From Minisyncoccota bacterium (GTDB lineage: Bacteria > Patescibacteriota > Minisyncoccia > Phycocordibacterales > PALSA-1337): a stretch of DNA of 58,422 nt. The notes under the pieces are model-generated. The model did not search any database. It saw only the letters and a list, made by a program, of their open reading frames with translations, and had not been told where the DNA came from. Every line of letters starts with the position of its first letter. Within the stretch, counting starts at the first letter, position 1. The position numbers were made by a program, and so were the translations under genes. This document shows, piece by piece, positions 49,499 through 58,422 of this stretch. The stretch spans positions 1 to 58,422 of the forward strand of contig JBAYFZ010000004.1 in assembly GCA_041666915.1 (NCBI GenBank), read 5' to 3'.

Positions 49499-52400
49499 AT
49501 GGAAAATCAAAAAATAAATAAATCAACTCACACTGAAAGAGAAGAACGGATCCTGAATTTCTGGAAAGAAAAAGGAACATTTGAAAAGTCTTTGAACAAG
49601 GAATCTCCAAAAGGGGAGTTTACTTTTTACGATGGTCCGCCTTTTGCTACAGGAACTCCTCATTATGGTCATATTCTCGCCGGTACTATCAAGGACGTCA
49701 TTCCAAGATGGAAAACGATGCAGGGTTACCATGTACGCCGACGTTGGGGTTGGGATTGTCATGGTTTGCCAGTAGAAAATCTCATAGAAAAAGAGCTTGG
49801 TCTCAAGAGTAAAAAAGATATTGTTGATTATGGTATCGGCAAATTCAATGAAGCCGCTAGAGAAAGTGTCATGCGTTATGCCGATGAATGGAGGACCATT
49901 GTCCCTAGATTGGGGAGGTGGGTAGATATGGTGAATGATTATCGCACTATGGATGCAACTTATACTGAGTCGGTTTGGTGGATCTTCAAAGAGTTACATA
50001 ATAAAGGTTTGATTTATGAAGGTTTCAAATCTATGAACCTTTGTCCTCATTGTGAGACGACATTGTCCAATTTTGAGGTTGCTCAGGGTTACAAAGATAT
50101 CACAGACATTTCTGTTTTTGTTAAATTCAAATTAGTTTCCGGAAGCCTCGCTTCCGGAGGCTTCACCTCCGGAAGTTCAGATCCTGTCTATTTCTTGGCT
50201 TGGACGACAACACCTTGGACTTTGCCGGGTAATACTGCTTTGGCAATAAATCCAAAGATTGAATATATGAAGATTTCTATTTCTGAAGGAGATGAACAAA
50301 AGAAAGGTTTTTATATTTTAGCCAAAGAAAGATTGGCGGTTTTGAAAGATGTCAAATATGAAATTGTAGAATCAATGAAAGGTTCGGAACTAGTCGGTCA
50401 ATCATATCAACCGCTTTTTGATTATTATTCAAAAGATAAAGATCTCAAGAATAGGGAAAATGGTTGGAAAGTTTATGGTGCTGAATTTGTAACGATAGAA
50501 GATGGTACGGGTATCGTTCACATCGCTCCAGCTTTTGGTGCAGATGACTACGCTTTGTCTTTGGAAAACAATTTACCATTTGTTCAGCATGTCTCTATGG
50601 ATGGAAAATTCAAAAAAGAAATCACGGAATTTGCTGGAACGAAGGTGAAGCCAATAGATACTGATGAAGATAAGAACGCTCATCAAAAGGCTGATATAGA
50701 AATCATAAAATGGTTGGCTCACAACGGATTTTTGTTTGAAAAAGAAAAGCTCATCCACTCATATCCTCATTGTTGGAGATGTCAGACACCATTGCTCAAT
50801 TACGCTACATCTTCTTGGTTTGTAAAAGTTACGGATTTGAAAGATAAACTTGTTTCTGAAAACAATAAGGTCACTTGGGTTCCACCAGAAGTGGGAAGTG
50901 CTAGATTTGGTAATTGGCTAGAAGGTGCTCGCGATTGGGCTATATCAAGGTCTAGATTTTGGGGTGCACCGATACCGGTTTGGAAAGAAGAATCGGATGA
51001 TGCAATGAAAGTAAAGTATCATGTATTGGGTTCAGTTGATGATCTAAAGAAGTTTAGTAAATCAAAGAATACGTATTATATGATGCGACATGGTCAGTCG
51101 GAGAATAATATCTTGAAAGTTTTGAATTCGGATAAATCAAAAAAGTTTCATCTGACTGAGCTTGGTAGAGAACAGGCTAAAAAGACGGCAACCGATTGGA
51201 GTATTAAGATTGATCATATATTTTGCTCGCCAATCCTCCGAGCTCGCGAGACGGCAGAATTATTTGCTGAGAACGTTGGCTTTGATAAAGATAAAATCGT
51301 TTTTGACGATCGCCTTTGTGAGATGGGAATGGGTGAATTTGAGGGTGTTGATGAAAATAAATTAGGAAATCTTTTTGAGAGTCGAGAGGAATATTTTACA
51401 AAAAATAAAAATGGAGTTGAGAATCGTAATGATCAGAAAAAACGTGTCGGCTCATTCTTGGAAGAGACTGATAAAAAATATGAAGATAAAACTATTCTTG
51501 TAGTTAGTCATGATGGCCCTCTTTGGATGTTGGAATCGGCGGCGCATGGTTTGGATATTCAAGGTTCTTTGGCACTCAAACCAAAAGATAGTGTGTATCT
51601 GAATAATGCCGAAGTTAGAAAATTGGATTTTTCACCACTTCCTCATAATGCCGAATATGAATTGGATTTGCATAGACCTTATATAGATAATATTGAACTC
51701 AAGACAGAGGATGGTAATAAACTAACGAGAGTTCAGGATGTTTTTGATTGTTGGTTTGAATCTGGTTCAATGCCTTACGGAGAATCTCATTATCCATTTG
51801 AGAATGAAGAGTTTGAGCCAAAATCTGGTTTGCTCCACAAATCAAAAGGTTATCCAGCTGATTTTATAGCGGAAGGTTTGGATCAGACAAGAGGATGGTT
51901 TTATTCCATGCTTGTTTTGGGGGTGGCACTTTTCGGAAAGACTCCTTACAAAAAAGTTATCGTTAACGGCTTAGTTTTGGCAGAAGATGGTGAAAAAATG
52001 TCCAAGTCAAAGAAGAATTATCCTGATCCAATGCTGGTGGTAGGTAAATACGGAGCCGATTCTCTCAGATTTTATTTACTCTCTTCACCGGTAGTTCACG
52101 GTCAGGATCTTTGTTTTAGTGAAAAAGGGGTGGATGAGGTGACGAAGAAAGTGGTCAATAGACTATTGAATGTGGTTTCTTTTTATGAAATGTATGCAAA
52201 TTCAATAACCAATAACCAAACACCAATAACCAAGGGGATCTCTCAAAACGTTTTGGATAAATGGATCATTTCTAGATTGAATGAGACTACAAAAGAAGTT
52301 AGTGATGGTCTGGAAAAAGGGGAGGTAGATAGAGCTACAAGACCATTTTTGGATTTTACAGATGATCTTTCTACTTGGTATTTGAGACGTTCCCGCGATA

Positions 52401-53071
52401 GATTCAAAGAGGATAATGAAGATAAAGTCTTTGCTTTGGAAACAACTAAAATGGTTTTGCTTACGATTGCAAAATTGTTGGCGCCATTCATGCCATTCCT
52501 AGCCGATGAAGTTTATCAGAAGGTTGGTGGTTCAATGGAAAGTGTTCATTTGGAAGATTGGCCAGTAGATGACAAGGTTGATTTGAAAGTATTGGAGACA
52601 ATGAAAGTTGTCAGAGATATAGCATCAAAAGGTTTGGAAGCTCGCATGTCGGTCAAGATCAATGTCCGTCAACCACTTGCAAGTCTCAAAATTTCTGCTT
52701 TTGCAAAAATGGTGACCGCAGAATCTACAGACAAAATAAAATTCAATTCAAAAGATATGGACGCGCAGTTTGTAGATCTTATAAAAGATGAAGTGAATGT
52801 TAAAGAAGTTATTTTTGGGTCTACTATTACAAATGAAGTAGAACTTGATGTAGTTTTGACACCAGAACTCAAGGAAGAAGGTGAACTACGCGAACTTCTA
52901 CGAAAGATTCAAGATCTTAGAAAAGAAAAAGGCTTGTCGGTTGGAGATACGGCTGTACTCATTGCCACTGAAAATCTCAGAGGAATAATTTCTAAAAATT
53001 TGGAAACAATCAAGAAAACTACGAGTCTTGGTTCTATTGAATATGGAGAAGAGTTCAAGTTGAAAGTCTAG
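49499..53071 (+). CDS. ileS: Isoleucyl-tRNA synthetase (type 2) with a nested histidine-phosphatase domain
   Basis: PHYGHILAG (HIGH), WTTTPWTLPGN (editing domain), KMSKS, DCWFESGSMPY. There are extra inserts at 50137-50175, 51068-51631 and 52206-52237. Confidence 0.95.
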   Translation: MENQKINKSTHTEREERILNFWKEKGTFEKSLNKESPKGEFTFYDGPPFATGTPHYGHILAGTIKDVIPRWKTMQGYHVRRRWGWDCHGLPVENLIEKELGLKSKKDIVDYGIGKFNEAARESVMRYADEWRTIVPRLGRWVDMVNDYRTMDATYTESVWWIFKELHNKGLIYEGFKSMNLCPHCETTLSNFEVAQGYKDITDISVFVKFKLVSGSLASGGFTSGSSDPVYFLAWTTTPWTLPGNTALAINPKIEYMKISISEGDEQKKGFYILAKERLAVLKDVKYEIVESMKGSELVGQSYQPLFDYYSKDKDLKNRENGWKVYGAEFVTIEDGTGIVHIAPAFGADDYALSLENNLPFVQHVSMDGKFKKEITEFAGTKVKPIDTDEDKNAHQKADIEIIKWLAHNGFLFEKEKLIHSYPHCWRCQTPLLNYATSSWFVKVTDLKDKLVSENNKVTWVPPEVGSARFGNWLEGARDWAISRSRFWGAPIPVWKEESDDAMKVKYHVLGSVDDLKKFSKSKNTYYMMRHGQSENNILKVLNSDKSKKFHLTELGREQAKKTATDWSIKIDHIFCSPILRARETAELFAENVGFDKDKIVFDDRLCEMGMGEFEGVDENKLGNLFESREEYFTKNKNGVENRNDQKKRVGSFLEETDKKYEDKTILVVSHDGPLWMLESAAHGLDIQGSLALKPKDSVYLNNAEVRKLDFSPLPHNAEYELDLHRPYIDNIELKTEDGNKLTRVQDVFDCWFESGSMPYGESHYPFENEEFEPKSGLLHKSKGYPADFIAEGLDQTRGWFYSMLVLGVALFGKTPYKKVIVNGLVLAEDGEKMSKSKKNYPDPMLVVGKYGADSLRFYLLSSPVVHGQDLCFSEKGVDEVTKKVVNRLLNVVSFYEMYANSITNNQTPITKGISQNVLDKWIISRLNETTKEVSDGLEKGEVDRATRPFLDFTDDLSTWYLRRSRDRFKEDNEDKVFALETTKMVLLTIAKLLAPFMPFLADEVYQKVGGSMESVHLEDWPVDDKVDLKVLETMKVVRDIASKGLEARMSVKINVRQPLASLKISAFAKMVTAESTDKIKFNSKDMDAQFVDLIKDEVNVKEVIFGSTITNEVELDVVLTPELKEEGELRELLRKIQDLRKEKGLSVGDTAVLIATENLRGIISKNLETIKKTTSLGSIEYGEEFKLKV
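51068..51631 (+). other. Histidine phosphatase (PGAM-like, branch 1) domain inserted in ileS
   Basis: YMMRHGQSENN, ELGREQA, CSPILRARETA, EMGMGEFEG and LVVSHDGP occur in canonical order. The segment is in frame with no stops. Confidence 0.8.
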
Positions 53072-53073
53072 CC

Positions 53074-53694
53074 ATGTACAACATATATACCACCCCCGGT
53101 TTCGTTGTCGGATCAAAACCCCATGGGGAAGCGGGTAAGATAATTTTTATCTTTACTCGTGATTTTGGCATGGTCACGGCTACGGCACAAGGTATTCGTC
53201 TGGAAAAATCAAAACTTCGTTACAATTTGCAGGATTATTCTTTTGGTACATTTTCTCTGGTTAGAGGTAAAGAATTTTGGAGATTGACCAGTGGAGCGGA
53301 GCAAGTTATTAGTTCTATTGAAAAAGGTGGTCCGATTGAGAGTGGCCCCTCGAATTCCTCGGGGCAGGGTAAACAACTCACGGCTCGCATAGCCTTACTT
53401 CTCCGAAGATTCCTCCATGGCGAAGAAAATCATCCAGAATTATTTGATTGCATTAGAAATGGAATTCAATTCTTGGAGAAAGTGTCAAATATTACCGAAG
53501 AGCAATTAAAAACCCTTGAATCAGTAATTGTTTTTAGAATGCTTGAATTATTGGGCTATATCGGAAAAGATTCCGTATTACAAGGTAAATTGCAATCAAA
53601 CTCATTCTCAATTGAATTGCTGGATGAATTGGCCAGTAAGAGGGTAGTTATCAACCAACATATAAATAAAGCCCTTAAAGAGTCGCATTTATAG
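53074..53694 (+). CDS. recO: DNA repair protein RecO
   Basis: OB-fold N-terminus GFVVGSKPHGEAGKIIFIFTRDFGMVTATAQG, the size, and the context. It carries a hairpin repeat at 53341-53366. Confidence 0.7.
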   Translation: MYNIYTTPGFVVGSKPHGEAGKIIFIFTRDFGMVTATAQGIRLEKSKLRYNLQDYSFGTFSLVRGKEFWRLTSGAEQVISSIEKGGPIESGPSNSSGQGKQLTARIALLLRRFLHGEENHPELFDCIRNGIQFLEKVSNITEEQLKTLESVIVFRMLELLGYIGKDSVLQGKLQSNSFSIELLDELASKRVVINQHINKALKESHL

Positions 53695-53704
53695 TGTTAT
53701 AATA

Positions 53705-55651
53705 ATGAACGTGCCTTCCCCTGACGACAAAAGTCATATTGATGAGTTGAAAAAATCTCTTTACTCTCGGACTGTCCCCGATGTACAAACTCGGCGCAAG
53801 CTTAGGTTTGATAGTAACATTTCAGATATAAAGACCAGTTGGGATGATGTCAATAAAAAAGTAACTGAGTCTGTGAATTTGAATGAAAATTATAAGGACC
53901 ATTCTATGTCATTCTTTACAAAACTATTCGTCTTTTCAATAATATTTTGTGCTATTGCCGTAGGTATTGGAGCTTATCTATTTTGGAACGGGTCCAACCT
54001 TATCTCTGCTGACAATATAGAGCTTAGTATAAGTGGGCCAGTTTCTATTTCTGGTGGAGAACCAGTCACTTTTGATATTACTGCAATAAATAAAAATAAG
54101 ATTGAACTTGAGCTTGTAGATATGTCAATTGATTTTCCTGTAGGCACGACCGATCCAAACAATTCCACTCAGATTCTCAAGAATTACCGTAAACTCATAG
54201 GCAATATTCCAACTGGTGGAATAGTCCACGAAAGCGTCAGAGCTACTATCTTTGGTGAAGAAAATCTACAGAAACAAATAACGGTCAATCTGACTTATGG
54301 TGTAAAGGGTTCAACTTCTACATTCACTAAGACGAAGACTTATGATGTCTTGATAAATTCATCGCCTATAAACTTTACAGTCTCATCTTTCAAAGAGATT
54401 ACTTCTGGACAGGAATTTGATATGAAGGTTGAGGTCACTTCCAATTCACAAGAGACTCTCAGGAATATAATATTAAAGGGAATATATCCTTTTGGATATA
54501 GTTTCGTATCATCTTCACTTGTGCCAATTGGAGATAAAAGTACATGGAGTTTGGGTGATATTCCGCCTGGTGGAAAAAGAGTTTTTACTATCAAAGGGTC
54601 TCTTATTGGTGAAGATAATGATCTAAGAGCTTTTCATTTTAGTATAGGGTCTCAGAGTCTGGAAAATAGGAATATGATTGGTACACAATATATGGCTCTT
54701 GAACAAGATGTCATTATTCAAAAACCGTTTATTACTCTAGATGTTGATATTGATGGTGATCAAGGAACTAAAGATCATGTAGGACGACTCGGGCAAAATT
54801 CAAATGTAACAATAAAATGGTTCAACAATTTGCCAACGATAGTTTCTAATATGAAAATAACAGCTAAGATTGGTGGTTCGGTCTATGATAAGACAACGGT
54901 AGTATCTAACAATGGTTATTTTGATTCTAGAACCGACACAATAACTTGGAGTCAACAAACCAATCCAGATCTAGCGTCTATTGGTCCAGGTGAAAGTGGT
55001 AGTGTGACTTTCTCCATAATCCCAAAGAATCCTAAAGTGGCTGGTAATACAGTATCTAATCCTTCAATTTCTATCAATACAAGTGTTTCTGGTAATCGTA
55101 CACAAGAGACAAATGTACCATTGGTCGTCACGTCATCTATGAATAGAAATATTATTGTATCTTCAAATGTTGTCTTATCAGGAAGGGTAGTACGTACGGT
55201 TGGCCCTTTTGCCAATAGTGGAATGATTCCTCCAAAAGTAGATCAGTCAACAACTTATACAGTTATTTGGAATATTGATAATACTTTGAATCCAGTCAAG
55301 GATGTCTCGGTCAAAGCGACTTTACCTCCTTATGTAAAATGGTTGGATACAATCAGTCCAGTAAGCGAAGATGTAACGTATGACCAGAATACAGGTTTAG
55401 TAACTTGGAATGTGGGAAGTGTGAATGCAAATACTACTGGATCATCGGTTAAGAAAGAATTAGCCTTTCAAATTTCTTTTACACCTAGCATAACTCAAGC
55501 AGTCACTGCACCAACTTTGGTCAATCAAGCCGTATTATCTGCAGTAGATAGCTTCACTAATGCTCAATTGGAAAGTAATCAAGATCTTTTGGGAACACGC
55601 TTTAGTACAGATCCTGCCTATAAGCAGGGGGATGAGATAGTATTAAAATAA
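53705..55651 (+). CDS. Large membrane-anchored surface protein, repeated beta-sandwich-like segments
   Basis: One TM helix at about aa 70-92, then a Ser/Thr/Asn/Val-rich extracellular region. No family recognised. Confidence 0.55.
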   Translation: MNVPSPDDKSHIDELKKSLYSRTVPDVQTRRKLRFDSNISDIKTSWDDVNKKVTESVNLNENYKDHSMSFFTKLFVFSIIFCAIAVGIGAYLFWNGSNLISADNIELSISGPVSISGGEPVTFDITAINKNKIELELVDMSIDFPVGTTDPNNSTQILKNYRKLIGNIPTGGIVHESVRATIFGEENLQKQITVNLTYGVKGSTSTFTKTKTYDVLINSSPINFTVSSFKEITSGQEFDMKVEVTSNSQETLRNIILKGIYPFGYSFVSSSLVPIGDKSTWSLGDIPPGGKRVFTIKGSLIGEDNDLRAFHFSIGSQSLENRNMIGTQYMALEQDVIIQKPFITLDVDIDGDQGTKDHVGRLGQNSNVTIKWFNNLPTIVSNMKITAKIGGSVYDKTTVVSNNGYFDSRTDTITWSQQTNPDLASIGPGESGSVTFSIIPKNPKVAGNTVSNPSISINTSVSGNRTQETNVPLVVTSSMNRNIIVSSNVVLSGRVVRTVGPFANSGMIPPKVDQSTTYTVIWNIDNTLNPVKDVSVKATLPPYVKWLDTISPVSEDVTYDQNTGLVTWNVGSVNANTTGSSVKKELAFQISFTPSITQAVTAPTLVNQAVLSAVDSFTNAQLESNQDLLGTRFSTDPAYKQGDEIVLK

Positions 55652-55686
55652 TTGGTAAATCGTTACATTTGGTATAGAATGTCTCT

Positions 55687-57054
55687 ATGATTAAAAATAG
55701 CGAAAACGGCACTATGGATGCCATCATTTCTCTCGCCAAGCGAAGAGGTTTTATTTTTCAAGGTTCCGAAATATACGGCGGTCTAGCTGGTACATGGGAT
55801 TATGGACCATTGGGTGTGGCTCTCAAAAACAATATAAAGAAAATTTGGTGGAAAAGATTCGTAGAAGATCGCGATGATATGTTCGGTGTGGACGCAGCTA
55901 TTCTCATGAATCAAAATGTTTGGAAAGCTAGTGGACATGTAGGGGGCTTTGCTGATCCTTTGGTAGAATGTGGTAAATGTAAAAAAAGGTTTCGTGCAGA
56001 TCAGTTTGGCGATAAGATAGCTGAAAATAAATGGCAATTACCAAGCGAATGTCCTAGTTGTGGAGAGAAAGGTGATTTGTGGAATTTGGCCAAAGAAAAT
56101 ATCCGTCAATTTAACATGATGTTTGAGACACATGTAGGAGCTACCCACGATGAAGCTTCTGTTTCTTATTTACGACCAGAGACTGCTCAAGGCATGTTCG
56201 TCAATTTCAAAAATATCCTAGATTCTTTGCATCCAAAACTTCCTTTTGGTTTGGGTCAAATAGGTAAGGCTTTTAGAAATGAGATCGCACCTCGAGATTT
56301 TCTATTTCGTGCTCGCGAATTTGAACAGATGGAAATAGAGTATTTCGTAAATCCAAAGGATTGGGAAAGTACCTTTAGGGATTTCACAGCAGAAGTTCAT
56401 GCTTTCACCAAAGAAGTTGGTCTTACTCCATCCAAAATTCACGAATTAGAAGTTCCAGAATCTGACCGAGCTTTCTATTCAAAGAGAACTATAGATTTTG
56501 AATTTGATTTTCCTTTTGGTAAAAAAGAGCTTTATGGTTTGGCATATCGTACAGATTATGATTTGAAGCAACATTCAGGTTTTAGTAAAGTTGATTTGTC
56601 ATATTATGATGAAGAGACCAAAGAGCGCTTTATTCCACATTGTATAGAACCATCTTTTGGTCTAGATAGAACCGTCTTGGCTGTACTTACCGATGCTTAT
56701 ACCGAAGATAAAATGGGTGATGAAGTCCGTACATACCTGAAGTTGGCTCCATCAGTCGCTCCTTACAAAGTTGCAGTCTTTCCATTACTTAGAAATAAAC
56801 CAGAATTGATCAAGAAAGCCGAAGAGATATTCAAAATGATCAAAAAAGAAATTCCTGCGATAACTTTTGACGATAATGGAAATATCGGTAAGAGATACCG
56901 CCGTCAGGATGAAATTGGTACCCCATATTGTGTGACTGTAGATTTTGAAACTATTGAAGAAGGTAAAGGTGTCACCGTGCGAGATAGGGACAGTGGTAAA
57001 CAAGAAAGAGTGGCAGAAACTGACCTCATCAGTTTCCTCAAAGGAAAAATATAA
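55687..57054 (+). CDS. glyQS: Glycyl-tRNA synthetase (alpha2 dimeric type)
   Basis: RRGFIFQGSEIYGGLAGTWDYGPLG, FRNEIAPR, and a C-terminal anticodon-binding domain. An alternative start lies at 55714. Confidence 0.95.
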   Translation: MIKNSENGTMDAIISLAKRRGFIFQGSEIYGGLAGTWDYGPLGVALKNNIKKIWWKRFVEDRDDMFGVDAAILMNQNVWKASGHVGGFADPLVECGKCKKRFRADQFGDKIAENKWQLPSECPSCGEKGDLWNLAKENIRQFNMMFETHVGATHDEASVSYLRPETAQGMFVNFKNILDSLHPKLPFGLGQIGKAFRNEIAPRDFLFRAREFEQMEIEYFVNPKDWESTFRDFTAEVHAFTKEVGLTPSKIHELEVPESDRAFYSKRTIDFEFDFPFGKKELYGLAYRTDYDLKQHSGFSKVDLSYYDEETKERFIPHCIEPSFGLDRTVLAVLTDAYTEDKMGDEVRTYLKLAPSVAPYKVAVFPLLRNKPELIKKAEEIFKMIKKEIPAITFDDNGNIGKRYRRQDEIGTPYCVTVDFETIEEGKGVTVRDRDSGKQERVAETDLISFLKGKI

Positions 57055-57094
57055 TCCGATTCTCAATTCTCTACGGTTGTGATAAAGTGACCTT

Positions 57095-58366
57095 ATGAAA
57101 TTCAATAAAAAGGTCTTACCTAACGGTTTGCGTATTATAACGGTACCAATGACAGATAATCCATCTGTCACTGTTCTTGTCATGGTAGAAGCTGGGTCAA
57201 AATATGAGACAAAAGAGGTGAACGGTTTATCACACTTTCTTGAGCATATGGTCTTCAAGGGCACACCAAAGCGTCCGAAGGCTATAGATATTTCTCGTGA
57301 GCTGGATTCTATCGGCGCTCATTATAATGCTTTTACTGCACAAGAATTCACTGGTTACTATGCAAAAGCAGATATCCGACACTTTGATAAAATCCTAGAT
57401 GTTGTTTCTGATATGTATCTAAACCCTATCTTTGATGAGGCGGAAATCAAAAAAGAGAAGGGAGTTATCGTTGAGGAGATTCGCATGTATCAAGATTTAC
57501 CACAACGTCACGTGCAGAATATTTTTATGGAAGTTTTGTACGGTGATACTCCAGCAGGTTGGAATATTGCTGGAACCGAAGATAATGTCCGCTCTTTTGA
57601 TCAAAGTCATTTCAAAAAGTATCGCGCGAACAATTATTTGAGTAATTCAACAACTATCATAGTGTCAGGTTCATTCAAAGAAAAAGAAGCTTTGAAAAAA
57701 ATAGAAAAGGCTTTTTCTTCTATTTCCAAAGGCAAAAAATCAAAAAAACTGAAAGTTGTTGAAGAACAAAAAGAGCCAATAGCTAAAATGGATTTCAAAG
57801 AAACTGATCAAACTCATTTGGTCCTAGGTGTACGAACTTTTTCTATTACTGATAAAAAGATCCCAGTCATGCACGTACTCTCATCTATTTTGGGAGGCGG
57901 TATGAGTTCTAGGTTATTCTCGAAGATGAGGGATCAGCTCGGTATTTGTTATTACGTAAAAACGAGTCACGATGCTTTTACCGATCACGGAGTCTTGAAT
58001 ATTTCTGCTGGTGTAGATAATTCTAGAGTAAAGGAAGCGGTAGAAGGTATTTTGTCTGAATGTGACAGACTCAAGAATGAGCTTGTTTCTGAAGAAGAAA
58101 TGAAAAAAGTGAAAGATTATATTGCTGGTACGACTATGTTGGAATTGGAAACATCTGATGCTCGTGCAGAATATTGTGGTTATCAAGAGATTTTGAAGGG
58201 AAGTGTTGATTCACCAGCTGATATTATAAAGAAGGTAAATACTGTTACTGCAAAAGATGTACAAAAGTTGGCAAAAGAGATATTTGTAAATAAGGGTTTG
58301 AATATGGCTTTGGTCGGCAGATTCAAAGATAGTGAAGAATTCAGGAAATATTTTAAGTTTGCTTAA
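57095..58366 (+). CDS. M16-family (insulinase/pitrilysin-like) zinc peptidase
   Basis: Inverted zinc motif HFLEHMVFKGT. Confidence 0.85.
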   Translation: MKFNKKVLPNGLRIITVPMTDNPSVTVLVMVEAGSKYETKEVNGLSHFLEHMVFKGTPKRPKAIDISRELDSIGAHYNAFTAQEFTGYYAKADIRHFDKILDVVSDMYLNPIFDEAEIKKEKGVIVEEIRMYQDLPQRHVQNIFMEVLYGDTPAGWNIAGTEDNVRSFDQSHFKKYRANNYLSNSTTIIVSGSFKEKEALKKIEKAFSSISKGKKSKKLKVVEEQKEPIAKMDFKETDQTHLVLGVRTFSITDKKIPVMHVLSSILGGGMSSRLFSKMRDQLGICYYVKTSHDAFTDHGVLNISAGVDNSRVKEAVEGILSECDRLKNELVSEEEMKKVKDYIAGTTMLELETSDARAEYCGYQEILKGSVDSPADIIKKVNTVTAKDVQKLAKEIFVNKGLNMALVGRFKDSEEFRKYFKFA

Positions 58367-58422
58367 TGTTGTCTCAACAAGAGCTGTTTGATGAAAGAGT
58401 TTTGCTTGGTAAAAACATTCTA
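58366..58422 (+). CDS. 5' end of a following ORF (truncated by the window edge)
   Basis: The ATG overlaps the upstream stop (TAATG). Only 19 codons are visible. Confidence 0.3.
   Translation, partial: MLSQQELFDERVLLGKNIL

Overview
An AT-rich bacterial chromosome segment (roughly 35-40% GC by eye), tightly packed with short housekeeping genes. The gene set includes tsaE, polA, holA-like, fpg, murE, ruvA, rpsT, ruvX, rplS, secE-nusG-rplK, argS, ileS, recO, glyQS, folD, glyA and thyA. It also carries a pilMNO-like cluster, a DsbA+VKOR pair and 8 tRNA genes. There is no rRNA, CRISPR array, transposase or integrase. The gene content and the repeat families suggest a reduced-genome Patescibacteria/CPR-like organism, but that is inference and not checkable here. 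Four things stand out:
1. ileS carries an apparently intact histidine-phosphatase (PGAM-like) domain nested in frame. This is the most unusual single observation.
2. At least five families of short palindromic repeats occur between genes and also in frame inside essential genes (polA, ileS, glyA, recO, an rRNA methyltransferase). They also supply the C-termini of murE and fpg.
3. Three small gene modules are each bracketed by direct repeats copied from the 3' end or terminator of a neighbouring gene, a Campbell-type integration signature without any integrase. They are a zeta-toxin island next to tRNA-Lys, purD, and a two-gene module after tspO.
4. Several visibly GC-richer accessory blocks contain unknown genes, a PurC-PurE fusion, a coupled deoxyribosyltransferase-like/Nudix pair, two membrane-anchored proteases and some structured non-coding regions.
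All functional calls come from motifs read by eye in the supplied translations. No database search was run.
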